Source of the DNA: Candidatus Nomurabacteria bacterium
GTDB lineage: Bacteria; Patescibacteriota; Minisyncoccia; Phycocordibacterales; UBA918
Direction of reading: 5' to 3'
DNA: 64,000 bases
Assembly: GCA_020632015.1 (NCBI GenBank)
Contig: JACKGI010000001.1
Span: 156,949-220,948 of the forward strand
Positions within the stretch are counted from its first letter, which is position 1. Every line of letters starts with the position of its first letter. A program made the position numbers and the translations under genes. The notes below the pieces were generated by a model, which was given only the letters and a program-made list of their open reading frames with translations, was not told the origin of the DNA and made no database searches. Positions 9,853 through 19,130 of the stretch are shown here, one piece after another.

Positions 9853-10239
9853 ATGCAACAAGAAATTAAAACTGTTATTGAGAACTTTGCTTCAGCCGCC
9901 TTGGCAACCAATGGTCCTGAAGGATTAAACGTTGTTCCCATTTCGGTCGTAAATGTTCGTGGTGATGAAATTCATCTCTATGATTTTTTTATGAATCGAA
10001 CAGCAAAGAACATAAAAGCTAGTTCACTAGTAGCGTTCACTTGCTGGAGAGATTTTGTTGGAGTGCAAGTCAAAGCCGAGGTGGTATACGAGACAGAAGG
10101 GGAAGACTTTGATTTGGCGGTAAAGGAAATGAAGGAAAGATTTCCAGATAGAACACTCAGTGGTTTGATTAGGCTTACTCCAGTTGAAGTGTATGACGTG
10201 GCGCCCGGAGCAAGTCCAGATGATTTGCTGAAAGTTTAG
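9853..10239 (+). CDS. pyridoxamine 5'-phosphate oxidase-like FMN-binding split-barrel protein
   Basis: 128 aa. The pattern resembles the PNPOx/flavin-reductase-like fold. This is a family-level call only. Confidence 0.45.
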   Translation: MQQEIKTVIENFASAALATNGPEGLNVVPISVVNVRGDEIHLYDFFMNRTAKNIKASSLVAFTCWRDFVGVQVKAEVVYETEGEDFDLAVKEMKERFPDRTLSGLIRLTPVEVYDVAPGASPDDLLKV

Positions 10240-10446
10240 CCCAACCTGTTGAAATCTTTTCTTTACGGCTCTAGAGATAAGGTATAGTAGAAGTAAGCGA
10301 GAGAAATTCTCTTGCGAACATATTTTTATTTGAGGTTCGCCTCTAAAATGGCGCCCACCAGGGACTACGTATCGCGACTACGCAGTCCCCGCTGGGCGCC
10401 GTTTGTATTGTTGCCCCTGATATGATTAGCTTTATAGAATAGCTCT

Positions 10447-11391
10447 ATGAGAAGCACTTACTTAATATCACTAATATTAGTAATAGTTGTTGGTATCACA
10501 TATTGGTATCAGGCAACTGCTAATATCTGCCCAGCGCCAATCTCGTATAGGCTAGGAGAGATTGATGACTCTTTCGGTATTACAAAAGAAGAGGCTCATG
10601 AATATGCCACGAAGGCAGAAAGATACTGGGAAGAGATTTCTGGTAGAGAATTATTTGTTTTTGATGAAGAGGCAGATTTTACAATTGACTTTGTCTTTGA
10701 TGAAAGACAGGCTTCTGCCAATAGCGAAGAAACCCAAAGAGAGTATTTAGATAAAAAATGGGAGGAGAGTGAAGAGGTGAGAAAGACTGTCGAGAACCTG
10801 CAGACGGAATATAAATCACTTTCATTAGCCTATGAAGCTAAGGTTGATGCTTATGAGGAGCGATTGTCGGAATATAATTCCGAAGTAAATAAATACAACG
10901 ATAGAGGAGGTGCGCCTGCAGATGTTTTTAAAAAACTTGAAGAGGAAAGGGCTTCGCTAAGTAAAGAATCTGAAAGATTAAACAAAACAGCTAAACAGCT
11001 AAATGAGTTTGCGAGTGAAATAAATGAATTAAGTGAAAGAGGTAATCAGCTGGTGGATTCTTATAATCGAGAAGTAAATTCATATAATGAAAAGTATGGT
11101 TTTGCTAAGGAGTTTACTCAAGGAGATTATCACGGCATGAGTATTAGAATTTACAAATTCTCATCTGAACCCGAGGTTGTAACTGTTTTGGCGCATGAGT
11201 TTGGCCACGCTCTTGGGATTGGCCACGTTGATGAGGATGATTCTCTCATGTACTATTTGCTGGGAGATACTGATAGTTACCCAGTCCTGTCAGATGAAGA
11301 TGTTTCCGCCTTTATTGAGATATGTGGTGAGAATGAAACACTCGAACAAAGAATACGTAAAGGAATCAGAAGTTTATTAAGACTTATTTAA
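10447..11391 (+). CDS. membrane-anchored metzincin (matrixin/M10-like) zinc metalloprotease with a coiled-coil stalk
   Basis: N-terminal TM helix and a heptad-rich middle. The C-terminus has HEFGHALGIGH (HExxHxxGxxH) plus a Met-turn (SLMYY). Confidence 0.6.
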   Translation: MRSTYLISLILVIVVGITYWYQATANICPAPISYRLGEIDDSFGITKEEAHEYATKAERYWEEISGRELFVFDEEADFTIDFVFDERQASANSEETQREYLDKKWEESEEVRKTVENLQTEYKSLSLAYEAKVDAYEERLSEYNSEVNKYNDRGGAPADVFKKLEEERASLSKESERLNKTAKQLNEFASEINELSERGNQLVDSYNREVNSYNEKYGFAKEFTQGDYHGMSIRIYKFSSEPEVVTVLAHEFGHALGIGHVDEDDSLMYYLLGDTDSYPVLSDEDVSAFIEICGENETLEQRIRKGIRSLLRLI

Positions 11392-11401
11392 CAATTATTT
11401 T

Positions 11402-12199
11402 ATGAACGAGGGATTTTTTAATACAAAACAAATGCGCCTTTTATGCGGACTAACATTATTAATGGCTTTAATTGCTATGGGTTCATATGCAACTCTAAAT
11501 TTTGAAAAAGTTGGTTTTCTAAATCCTGTACCAGCAACTATTTCTGTTTCTGGGGAAGGTGAGGTATTTGCACCCGCGGATATTGGGCAATTTTCATTTT
11601 CTGTTAATGCAGAAGGTGAGAGCGCGTCTGAAGCACAGGAAGAGTCTGGAACCAAGATAAACGACATCATTGCTTACTTGAAGGAGCAAGGAATTGAAGA
11701 TAAAGACATCAAGACACAGAATTATAATTTGTATCCAAAGTGGCGATACGAAGAAAGGGTGTGTGCGTTTAATTCATATTGTCCTCCTGGAGAGCGAGTG
11801 CAGGATGGTTTTGAGGCAACTCAAAGTGTAACCGTTAGAGTTCGGGACACTAAGATGGCGGGCGCTATTGTGGCTGGTGTAGGTGAAAGAGGAGCAACAA
11901 ACATAAGTGGCTTGAACTTTACTATCGATGATGTTGAAACACTAAGGGAAGAAGCGCGAGCACTGGCTATTGAAGACGCAAAGACTAAGGCGCAGGTTTT
12001 GGCTGAGCAATTGGGTGTGAGTGTAGTTCGTTTGGCTTCTTACTATGAAAATGGTGGTGGTTATCCTGAGCCATACTACTTTGAAGCAAAAGCGATGGCA
12101 ATGGATTCAGCAGAAGAAGGTGGATTTGGTGGAGCTGAAATGCCAGTAGGAGAGAACAGTACTAAGGTTACTGTGAACGTTACTTACGAGGTGCGATAA
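11402..12199 (+). CDS. secreted SIMPL/DUF541 family protein (BP26/OMP28-like)
   Basis: Signal peptide. ISVSGEGEV...FSFSV and the later DDV...AKxKA pattern are typical of the SIMPL domain. Confidence 0.5.
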   Translation: MNEGFFNTKQMRLLCGLTLLMALIAMGSYATLNFEKVGFLNPVPATISVSGEGEVFAPADIGQFSFSVNAEGESASEAQEESGTKINDIIAYLKEQGIEDKDIKTQNYNLYPKWRYEERVCAFNSYCPPGERVQDGFEATQSVTVRVRDTKMAGAIVAGVGERGATNISGLNFTIDDVETLREEARALAIEDAKTKAQVLAEQLGVSVVRLASYYENGGGYPEPYYFEAKAMAMDSAEEGGFGGAEMPVGENSTKVTVNVTYEVR

Positions 12200-12226
12200 G
12201 TGGGGGTTTAAGAGTAAAGAGCGCCG

Positions 12227-12254
12227 ACTTCGTCGGCGCTCTTTACTTTTTCCC
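12227..12254 (+). terminator. rho-independent terminator
   Basis: Hairpin aaagagcgccgacttcgtcggcgctcttt followed by actttt. Confidence 0.7.
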
Positions 12255-12313
12255 TAACAGGAGTACTATATGAGAAATCGCCGGGAAGGCGTTTTTTAAA
12301 TGCAAACTAAAAT

Positions 12314-12502
12314 ATGAACAATCTTACAAAATACCTACGTGATACAGTGGCTGAACTTAAGCAAGTATCATGGCCAACTCAACATCAAGCAATGCTTTAT
12401 ACCGCATTGGTTATCGGCATTTCTATTGTCGTCGCGTTGTTTGTTGGGGCTTTTGATTACCTTTTTTCTCAAGGAATCAACGTTCTTGTTAATCGCTTCT
12501 AA
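12314..12502 (+). CDS. secE: preprotein translocase subunit SecE
   Basis: 62 aa. A KxxxxELKKVxWP-type N-terminus (VAELKQVSWPT) precedes a single TM helix. It lies immediately upstream of nusG in the canonical order. Confidence 0.75.
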   Translation: MNNLTKYLRDTVAELKQVSWPTQHQAMLYTALVIGISIVVALFVGAFDYLFSQGINVLVNRF

Positions 12503-12512
12503 TCTTAATAAT

Positions 12513-13058
12513 ATGGCTAAACAACACAGCACCGGGGAGCGTCACTGGTACGCAATTCATACATACTCAGGTTATGAAAACGCTGTAACTCGTAACCTAA
12601 AACAAAGAATTGACTCGTTGAACATGAACGACAAGATTTTTAACGTGGTTGTACCGACGGAGAAAAAGATTCGAGTAAAGGGAGGAAAGCGAGTGACAGA
12701 AGAAGAGAGAATCTACCCAGGTTACGTATTGGTGGATATGATTGTAGACGACGAGTCATGGTTTGTAGTTAGAAACACTCCTCGAGTAACTGGTTTCGTT
12801 GGTAGTGGAACTCAACCAGTCCCTCTAACAGAAGCTGAGTACAACTCATTGATGAAGCAAATGACAAGCGAGACAGTCAAGCATAAGGTTGACTTGTCTA
12901 ATGGTGATCTCGTTATTATTGCCGACGGTCCATTCAAAGATCTTGAAGGCAAGGTTGGAGAAGTTGATGAGGCAAGTGGAAAAGTTAAGGTACTCGTATC
13001 TATGTTTGGACGCGAGACTCCGGTAGAGCTTGATTTCCTTCAAGTTAAGAAGGTTTAA
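12513..13058 (+). CDS. nusG: transcription termination/antitermination factor NusG
   Basis: NGN domain (WYAIHTYSGYENAV) and a C-terminal KOW (GDLVIIADGPFKDLEGKVGEVD). The start is at the internal ATG at 12513, in frame with the listed ORF. Confidence 0.85.
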   Translation: MAKQHSTGERHWYAIHTYSGYENAVTRNLKQRIDSLNMNDKIFNVVVPTEKKIRVKGGKRVTEEERIYPGYVLVDMIVDDESWFVVRNTPRVTGFVGSGTQPVPLTEAEYNSLMKQMTSETVKHKVDLSNGDLVIIADGPFKDLEGKVGEVDEASGKVKVLVSMFGRETPVELDFLQVKKV

Positions 13059-13317
13059 GGAGCAGAAGCGACTATAAATTTCTTATGCAGACACTTAGTC
13101 ATGATTCGACCCTGACCTAGGGGAGAATCTGACTGCAGTGGGCTGCGAAAGAAGGTTTAATAGATACCTAGAAAAAAGTATTGGACTTAAGTTCTAGACC
13201 AACCCTACTTTAGAGCAAATAGCTTGCAAGACAAGGATTTCTCTTGTATCATGCGCGAGCTTCAGGTGAGGGTGGTTATGGAACACTCTTGCTATCACAG
13301 ATTTAATTAATCAAAAC

Positions 13318-13743
13318 ATGGCTAAAAAACTAGCAAAACAAATAAAAGTACAGGCTATTGCCGGAAAGGCAACTCCAGCTCCACCACTTGGTCCGGTATT
13401 GGGACAAGCTGGTATTAATATCGGTGAATTCGTTAACCAATTCAATGAACAAACTCGTGAAAACATGGGTGATGTTGTGCCGGTTATAATCAGCGTATAT
13501 GACGACCGAAGTTTTGACTTTGTTGTTAAGGTCTCTCCAATGTCACGACTAATCTTGAAGAAGATTGGTAAGCAAAAAGGTTCAGGTAAGAATCTTGTTT
13601 CAAAGGCTGGAACTATCACACGAGCACAAGTAAAGGAGGTGGCAGAACAAAAAATGCCAGATCTAAACGCAGCTTCTATTGAAGCAGCAATGAAGATTGT
13701 AGAAGGTTCTTGTTACTCAATGGGAATCACGGTAGTTGACTAA
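13318..13743 (+). CDS. rplK: 50S ribosomal protein L11
   Basis: AKKxxxQIKxQxxAGKATPAPPxGPxLG is the canonical L11 N-terminus. No rplA follows. Confidence 0.9.
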   Translation: MAKKLAKQIKVQAIAGKATPAPPLGPVLGQAGINIGEFVNQFNEQTRENMGDVVPVIISVYDDRSFDFVVKVSPMSRLILKKIGKQKGSGKNLVSKAGTITRAQVKEVAEQKMPDLNAASIEAAMKIVEGSCYSMGITVVD

Positions 13744-13758
13744 TAGTCAAAAAATAAA

Positions 13759-13789
13759 AAGAGGCGGTCCGAAAGGACCGCCTCTTTTT
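13759..13789 (+). terminator. rho-independent terminator
   Basis: Hairpin aagaggcggtccgaaaggaccgcctctt followed by tttatt. Confidence 0.75.
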
Positions 13790-13818
13790 ATTTCTACAAA
13801 AATAGCTATAGTTAGAGC

Positions 13819-14538
13819 ATGCAGTATATTCCTATAAAAACTAGAGTGTTAAATCCTCCACAAGATGATTTATTTGGAGTTCTTAACGGTGCTCTCAATG
13901 ACCTTAAAGAAGGTGACGTCTTATTGGTAACATCGAAAGTAGTTTCAATTCACCAAGGTAGATGTGTACCACAGGCGGAAGTAAATAAGAGAGATTTGGT
14001 TGAACAAGAGGCGGACTATCTTATAGAAGGTTACGAAAGGTTTAGACTGTCTCCTTTGGCAATAAAACATAACGCTCTTTTTTCTGGTGCCGGAATTGAT
14101 GAATCAAACGCAGACGGCCACTATATTCTCCTTCCGAGTAAACCATTTGATGAGGCAGAAAGGATCTGGGAATTCGTTACCGGCAAACATGGTTTAAAAA
14201 ACCTCGGGGTTGTAATTACCGACAGTCACTCCCAGCCAATGAGAAGCGGAGCCGTTGGTGTGGCGATAGCTTGGTGGGGTTTCCATCCGACCGAAAGTCA
14301 TACAGGAAGAAAAGATTTATTTGACCGCCCACTTCAGTGGTCTGCTACAAATATTGTCGATTGCATCGCGGCAGGGGGTGGGGCGGTGAGCGGTGAAGCA
14401 GATGAGTCAACCCCGTTTATTATTGTGAGAAATGTGCCGAACCTTGAGTTTACAAAAGTGGACACCAGACACGAAGTTTTTCGGGCTCCAAAAGAAGATA
14501 TTTTCTATCCACTTCTGAAACCTTTTTACGACAACTAA
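13819..14538 (+). CDS. CofE-family gamma-glutamyl ligase (F420-0:gamma-glutamyl ligase homolog; possible FolC2-type folylpolyglutamate synthase)
   Basis: Conserved CofE blocks: EGDVLLVTSKVVSIHQGR, SGAGIDESNADGHYILLP, GVVITDSH...SGAVGVAIAWWG and TGRKDLFDRPL. Its 3' end overlaps the folA stop. Confidence 0.65.
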   Translation: MQYIPIKTRVLNPPQDDLFGVLNGALNDLKEGDVLLVTSKVVSIHQGRCVPQAEVNKRDLVEQEADYLIEGYERFRLSPLAIKHNALFSGAGIDESNADGHYILLPSKPFDEAERIWEFVTGKHGLKNLGVVITDSHSQPMRSGAVGVAIAWWGFHPTESHTGRKDLFDRPLQWSATNIVDCIAAGGGAVSGEADESTPFIIVRNVPNLEFTKVDTRHEVFRAPKEDIFYPLLKPFYDN

Positions 14539-15047
14539 GTTTTCCGCGCGTAATCAACCCACTGATACTTGAGGCCATCATGTTCCATGATTGGGGATTC
14601 GTCAGTGATTTCAAAGTCGTCTTCAAACTCAGGGAAAAATGTATCAGCTTCTTTTTGATCATAAAACCAAGTGATGTGAAGTCGCTCTACAAGCGGAAGC
14701 ATCTGCTTGTAAATCTGACCACCGCCACCGATATGAATCTCAGACGGATTTTCTGACCGTGCAATTTCCACCGCTTCCTCAAGAGAATGGGCAATTTTAG
14801 CTCCATCGTGTGAAAAGTCTTGGTTAAGAGTGGCTACTATATTGGTTCTGCCGGGGAATGGTTTACCTAGAATATTTAGAATAGACTCGAAAGTTTTTTG
14901 ACCCATAATAACTGGATGCCCCATAGTGAGTTCTTTGAATCTTTTTAAATCAGCAGGCACATGCCAAAGAAGCCCGTTCCTAGTACCAATTGCTCTGTCG
15001 TACTTGCTCATCGCTACCACAATTACTATCGGTATTTTATGTTCCAT
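14535..15047 (-). CDS. folA: dihydrofolate reductase
   Basis: IVAMSxxRxIGxxNxLPWHxPxDLKxFKxxTMGHPVIMGxKTFESI plus a GGGQIY motif. The probable start is Met MEHKIP; the ORF track extends to 15101. Confidence 0.8.
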   Translation of the reverse strand: MEHKIPIVIVVAMSKYDRAIGTRNGLLWHVPADLKRFKELTMGHPVIMGQKTFESILNILGKPFPGRTNIVATLNQDFSHDGAKIAHSLEEAVEIARSENPSEIHIGGGGQIYKQMLPLVERLHITWFYDQKEADTFFPEFEDDFEITDESPIMEHDGLKYQWVDYARKT

Positions 15048-15138
15048 ATTCTGATGGTTATACCACAGTCGACCGGTACTGTCTTTCTGGTAGCATTTCA
15101 TCTAAACGGTATAATGACTTCACTAATCTTATCTACGT

Positions 15139-15813
15139 ATGTCACATTTTGAAATTGAAGTTAAAAGTTTGTTGGGTGAGAAAGAAAGAGCTGATGCTCT
15201 CAAAGCTAGAATGCATGAACTTGATCCCGCCTGTACGCACGTATCGTCAAACAAACAGTTGAATCATTACTTCAAAGATGGCGATATAAATGAATTGTAT
15301 AAAAAAGTCGAACATCTTTTTTCTGGCGAGCAACACAATAAGTTTAAGATGATTGTAGAGAGGGGTAATGAATTTTCAGTTCGCACCCGACAGCGTGACG
15401 AAGAAGTGTTGTTAGTGGTAAAGGCGTCGATTGACGAAGGGACTAGTGAAAATACTGTGAAGAGAATGGAGTTTGAAGAGCCTGTTTCAGTAAGTTTGGA
15501 GGAGTTAGATGCTCTGGTTTTGGAAGCTGGTTATGAATACCAAGCTAAGTGGTCACGTGAGAGAGAAGAGTACGAGTATAGGGGGGCAAACGTATGTTTG
15601 GATAAAAACGCCGGTTATGGCTACTTGGCTGAATTTGAGAAAATAGTCACAGACGAAGCAGAGGCTGATTCAGTGCGAGAAGAGCTAGATGCTCTAATGG
15701 CTGAGTTAGAAGTTGAAGAGTTAGATCAACAGCGTTTGGCTAGAATGTTTTCTTTCTATAACACAAATTGGCCAGACTATTACGGGACTGATAAGACTTT
15801 CACAATAGAATAA
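15139..15813 (+). CDS. CYTH-domain protein (CyaB / thiamine-triphosphatase-like)
   Basis: N-terminal EIEVKSLL, similar to the ExExK signature of CYTH domains. Acidic C-terminal extension. Confidence 0.4.
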   Translation: MSHFEIEVKSLLGEKERADALKARMHELDPACTHVSSNKQLNHYFKDGDINELYKKVEHLFSGEQHNKFKMIVERGNEFSVRTRQRDEEVLLVVKASIDEGTSENTVKRMEFEEPVSVSLEELDALVLEAGYEYQAKWSREREEYEYRGANVCLDKNAGYGYLAEFEKIVTDEAEADSVREELDALMAELEVEELDQQRLARMFSFYNTNWPDYYGTDKTFTIE

Positions 15814-15815
15814 TT

Positions 15816-16361
15816 ATGTTTTTGTCTGATATTGATATTTTGAAAGAAGTTCAAGCAGGGAAAATAACCCTTGAACCTTTTACTGAAGATAGGCTACAGC
15901 CGGCCACATATGATATTTGTCTCGGCAACACCTTCATTATTAATGACGCTCATTCAACTAAAGCAATTGATCCCGGAAAAGGTATTTTTCCAAATACACA
16001 AACGATAGAGGTTGAGGACGGTGAAGAGTTTGTGCTTCACCCCGGAGTGAGTATTTTGGGTTACTCAAAGGAACGATTTGGTTCAGAGGAGTATTTGATT
16101 GAAGTAAATGGAAAATCATCGTTGGCGCGCATTGGTCTTATTGTTCATAATTCCGCCAGTATTGTTAATCCGGGGCACTATCTCAATATCGCACTCGAGC
16201 TTTGTAATTTGAACAATGTTCCAATTGTACTGCGTCCTGGTATGGAAATTGCACAGTTAAGTTTTTCTACCCTTAGTTCTCACACGAAACGAGATTATAA
16301 AGACACTGGTCGTTATAACGCCGATAATATTAAAGGTTACGTACCACCTAAGAAAAAATAA
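15816..16361 (+). CDS. dcd: dCTP deaminase
   Basis: LSDxDIxxxxxxGxIxIxPF...ATYDLxLG is the dCTP deaminase/dUTPase-fold signature. 181 aa. Confidence 0.8.
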   Translation: MFLSDIDILKEVQAGKITLEPFTEDRLQPATYDICLGNTFIINDAHSTKAIDPGKGIFPNTQTIEVEDGEEFVLHPGVSILGYSKERFGSEEYLIEVNGKSSLARIGLIVHNSASIVNPGHYLNIALELCNLNNVPIVLRPGMEIAQLSFSTLSSHTKRDYKDTGRYNADNIKGYVPPKKK

Positions 16362-16363
16362 TT

Positions 16364-17374
16364 ATGGATAAAAAACACCCAGAGTATCAATATTTGGATT
16401 TGTGCCAAGATATTTTAGACAATGGAGCTGATAAGGAACTTTTTTTCAATGATGTTGTTTTGGAGGAGTATAAAAAGAAAGGGGAGAAACCACCTTTCAT
16501 TCGCTCAGTTTTCGGTCGACAAATTCGGTTTGATTTATCAGAGGGATTCCCACTACTTACAACCAAAAGAACTTTCTGGCGAGGGATTACCACTGAGCTT
16601 ATGTGGTTTTTGTCTGGTAGTTCAAACATCAAGCCACTAATAGACGCAAATAACCATATTTGGGATGAGTGGGCTTGGAAGATGTATCACATGTGGGCGA
16701 TTGAGAATGCTCCAGATGAGGACATGACCCAAGATGAGTTTATTGAAAAGCTGGCCAGCTTGCCAGAGGAGGACGAGTTTGTGCAGAAATGGGGTGACCT
16801 TATTACTATCTATGGTCGAATGTGGAGACGCTGGCCAGCCAAAGACGGTCGAGAAATTGACCAACTTGCTTGGGTAATTGAAGGGTTAAAGAAAAAACCA
16901 GACCGAAAATCCTATGTAATAAATGCGTGGAACCCAGACTTCATTTATGAAATGGCTTCAGAGGGCCAGCAATCACAAGTGCCACCGTTTTGTCATACCA
17001 TGTTTCAGTTTCAAGTAGCTAATGGAAAACTAAATCTAGGGTTGTACCAACGTTCAGCCGATGTGTTCTTGGGTGTGCCATTCAACATCGCTAGTTACGC
17101 ACTGTTGCTACACATGGTGGCGCAGGTAGTCGACATTCCAGCTGGGGAGTTTGTGCATACTTTTGGTGATGCGCATATTTATTCTAACCACTTTGAACAA
17201 GTAAAAGAACAACTTACTCGAGAACCAATGAAGTTCCCAGAACTAAAATTAAATCCAGATATTAAAGACATTGATGACTTTAAGTTAGAAGATATAGAGT
17301 TAGTAGGATACGAATCACACCCAAGTCTAAAGGCTGAAATAGCCAATATCGGGGGATTTGAGAAGAAGAAATAA
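16364..17374 (+). CDS. thyA: thymidylate synthase (ThyA type)
   Basis: [22 protein letters not shown], the PPCH catalytic Cys region ([13 protein letters not shown]) and a [21 protein letters not shown] block. Confidence 0.9.
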   Translation: MDKKHPEYQYLDLCQDILDNGADKELFFNDVVLEEYKKKGEKPPFIRSVFGRQIRFDLSEGFPLLTTKRTFWRGITTELMWFLSGSSNIKPLIDANNHIWDEWAWKMYHMWAIENAPDEDMTQDEFIEKLASLPEEDEFVQKWGDLITIYGRMWRRWPAKDGREIDQLAWVIEGLKKKPDRKSYVINAWNPDFIYEMASEGQQSQVPPFCHTMFQFQVANGKLNLGLYQRSADVFLGVPFNIASYALLLHMVAQVVDIPAGEFVHTFGDAHIYSNHFEQVKEQLTREPMKFPELKLNPDIKDIDDFKLEDIELVGYESHPSLKAEIANIGGFEKKK

Positions 17375-17418
17375 ATTTACATTTTGATAATCAGTGGTAT
17401 TGTCTAAGAAATTCGTTC

Positions 17419-17868
17419 TTGGAGAAAGTTATGAATCTAAAAAGATTCTTACTAATTGTCTTTGGTTTACCAATTTTGTTTATCGTAATGGTTGTCTTAA
17501 GCCCAGTATTGATTCACCGGATTAGATGTCAGCTGAAAGTACAAAAAATACTGTCTAACAATAGCTCAGGGTGGTTTAGTTGGCAGAAAATCAAAAGAGA
17601 AACAGGGCTGTCTACCAGACAGGTAATGGATGCGCTATTTATCTTGCATACAAACAAATTGTTGCATACAAGGTTTCGCGATAATAAAACTGTAACTAAA
17701 CTCAAAAATCGTTTTTGGTTTAGAAGTCCAGATAATCTACTGGTAATATCTCCTCACCAGACAATATATTTTGAATTCAAATATAAAGTTGGAGGAAAAA
17801 CAAAGTTGTCAAAAAATGGGAGGGCGGTGATAGCCAGTTGGTTGGGTCTTGATTGGGCTGGTGCGTAG
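17419..17868 (+). CDS. hypothetical membrane-anchored protein
   Basis: 149 aa with an N-terminal TM helix and no recognisable domain. A weak terminator-like hairpin (gggctggtgcgtagcaccagccc) follows. Confidence 0.3.
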   Translation: MEKVMNLKRFLLIVFGLPILFIVMVVLSPVLIHRIRCQLKVQKILSNNSSGWFSWQKIKRETGLSTRQVMDALFILHTNKLLHTRFRDNKTVTKLKNRFWFRSPDNLLVISPHQTIYFEFKYKVGGKTKLSKNGRAVIASWLGLDWAGA

Positions 17869-17884
17869 CACCAGCCCTTTGTCA

Positions 17885-17893
17885 TGATATAAT
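17885..17893 (+). promoter_or_regulatory. extended -10 promoter element TGATATAAT upstream of tmk-dut
   Basis: TGnTATAAT consensus lies 22 nt upstream of the tmk start. The same 9-mer recurs at 19039, 46977 and 48550 upstream of other operons. Confidence 0.5.
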
Positions 17894-17914
17894 CACAGAC
17901 GATAAATCATAAAT

Positions 17915-18577
17915 ATGTCAGGAAAACTAATAGTAATAGAAGGAGCAGACGGGGCGGGTAAGGCTACGCAGTCTAAGCTCCTAGCTGAACGACTTAAGGC
18001 AGAAGGAATGCAGATTGAAGGATTGGAGTTTCCACGTTATGAAGAGACTTTTTTTGGTTCGTATATTAGAGAATGGATTGATGAAGTACATGGAAATTTT
18101 ATTGATTTGGATCCGAGACTCGCTTCGATTTTATTCGCTGGTGACCGATTTGAGGTAAGGGAAAAAATTACCGGTTGGTTGAATGAAGGTAAGCACGTCA
18201 TTCTCGATAGATATGTGAGCGCCAGCATGCTTCATCAAGGGGCAAAATTCAGTGACAATGAGAAGCGGGGAGCATTTTTACTTTGGTTGGCAAAACTGGA
18301 GTACGAAGTATTTAAGTTGCCACGCCCTGATCTGGTTGTGTATCTTGATATGCCAGCCGAAATGAGACACGCTCTCCTTACCACTGATGAAAGCAAGCCA
18401 AATCTTGGCCATACCGAAACAGATGCCGTCTATCAAGCAGCTGTTCAAAATTCAGCTGTACAAGTTGCTGGATTGGAGGAATGGAAGATTGTTTCTTGTC
18501 TGCACGAAGACAAGCTAAGAAGCAAAGATGATATTAATGCTGAACTTTACGGGATTGTTAGACCTTTACTTAATTAA
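17915..18577 (+). CDS. tmk: thymidylate kinase
   Basis: P-loop IVIEGADGAGKATQ, a DRY motif and an LID region. Confidence 0.85.
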   Translation: MSGKLIVIEGADGAGKATQSKLLAERLKAEGMQIEGLEFPRYEETFFGSYIREWIDEVHGNFIDLDPRLASILFAGDRFEVREKITGWLNEGKHVILDRYVSASMLHQGAKFSDNEKRGAFLLWLAKLEYEVFKLPRPDLVVYLDMPAEMRHALLTTDESKPNLGHTETDAVYQAAVQNSAVQVAGLEEWKIVSCLHEDKLRSKDDINAELYGIVRPLLN

Positions 18578-18587
18578 CAAATTATTT

Positions 18588-18980
18588 ATGGAAATTTTGA
18601 TTAAAAAGCTTAATGATCAAGCAAAACTACCAGCTTATGCCAGTGAAGCAGGACCAGGAATTGATTTGTATAGTTTGGTAGGAGTAACGATTGAGCCAGG
18701 GGCGAGAGTAGTTGTCTCAACAGGAATTGCAATGGCTGTGCCGGTTGGTTATGTTGGACTGATTTGGAACAAAAACGGCATGGTAACTGAAGAGCCTCTA
18801 AAGGTGACTGGAAGTAGGATTGATTCTGGATATCGAGATGAAATTACAGTTGAGTTAACAAATGCTGGTTCAGAAACACTATCTATTTCGGCAGGTGATC
18901 AGATTGCACAGATATTAATTCAACAAGTTCATCGGGCACATCTGATTGAAGCGGCGGACCTTAGCTCTTCTGGAGAATAA
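18588..18980 (+). CDS. dut: dUTP diphosphatase (dUTPase)
   Basis: YASEAGPGIDLYS and RIDSGYRDEI motifs. The internal ATG at 18588 follows the tmk stop at 18577. Confidence 0.85.
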   Translation: MEILIKKLNDQAKLPAYASEAGPGIDLYSLVGVTIEPGARVVVSTGIAMAVPVGYVGLIWNKNGMVTEEPLKVTGSRIDSGYRDEITVELTNAGSETLSISAGDQIAQILIQQVHRAHLIEAADLSSSGE

Positions 18981-19006
18981 GTCTGGATTATTCGCTCAAA
19001 ATCGAT

Positions 19007-19034
19007 AAAAGCCGTAGCGTACGCTACGGCTTTT
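19007..19034 (+). terminator. rho-independent terminator
   Basis: Hairpin aaaagccgtagcgtacgctacggctttt. Confidence 0.75.
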
Positions 19035-19038
19035 ATCA

Positions 19039-19047
19039 TGATATAAT
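19039..19047 (+). promoter_or_regulatory. extended -10 promoter element TGATATAAT upstream of glyA
   Basis: Exact TGATATAAT about 85 nt upstream of the glyA ATG. Confidence 0.45.
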
Positions 19048-19130
19048 CCTGTTATTAAGAGATTGTTTATGATTTAACGTAACTCGTTCAATTTGTAGAG
19101 CTGTGATTACTGATATTTAATACTATTTTT

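Noticed and set aside
10350-10400. Long imperfect hairpin ggcgcccaccagggactacg...cgcagtccccgctgggcgcc upstream of the metalloprotease gene
   Set aside because: It may simply be a weak terminator for the upstream gene, since it is followed by gtttgtattgtt. It has no additional copies and no recognisable motif, so it is not developed further.
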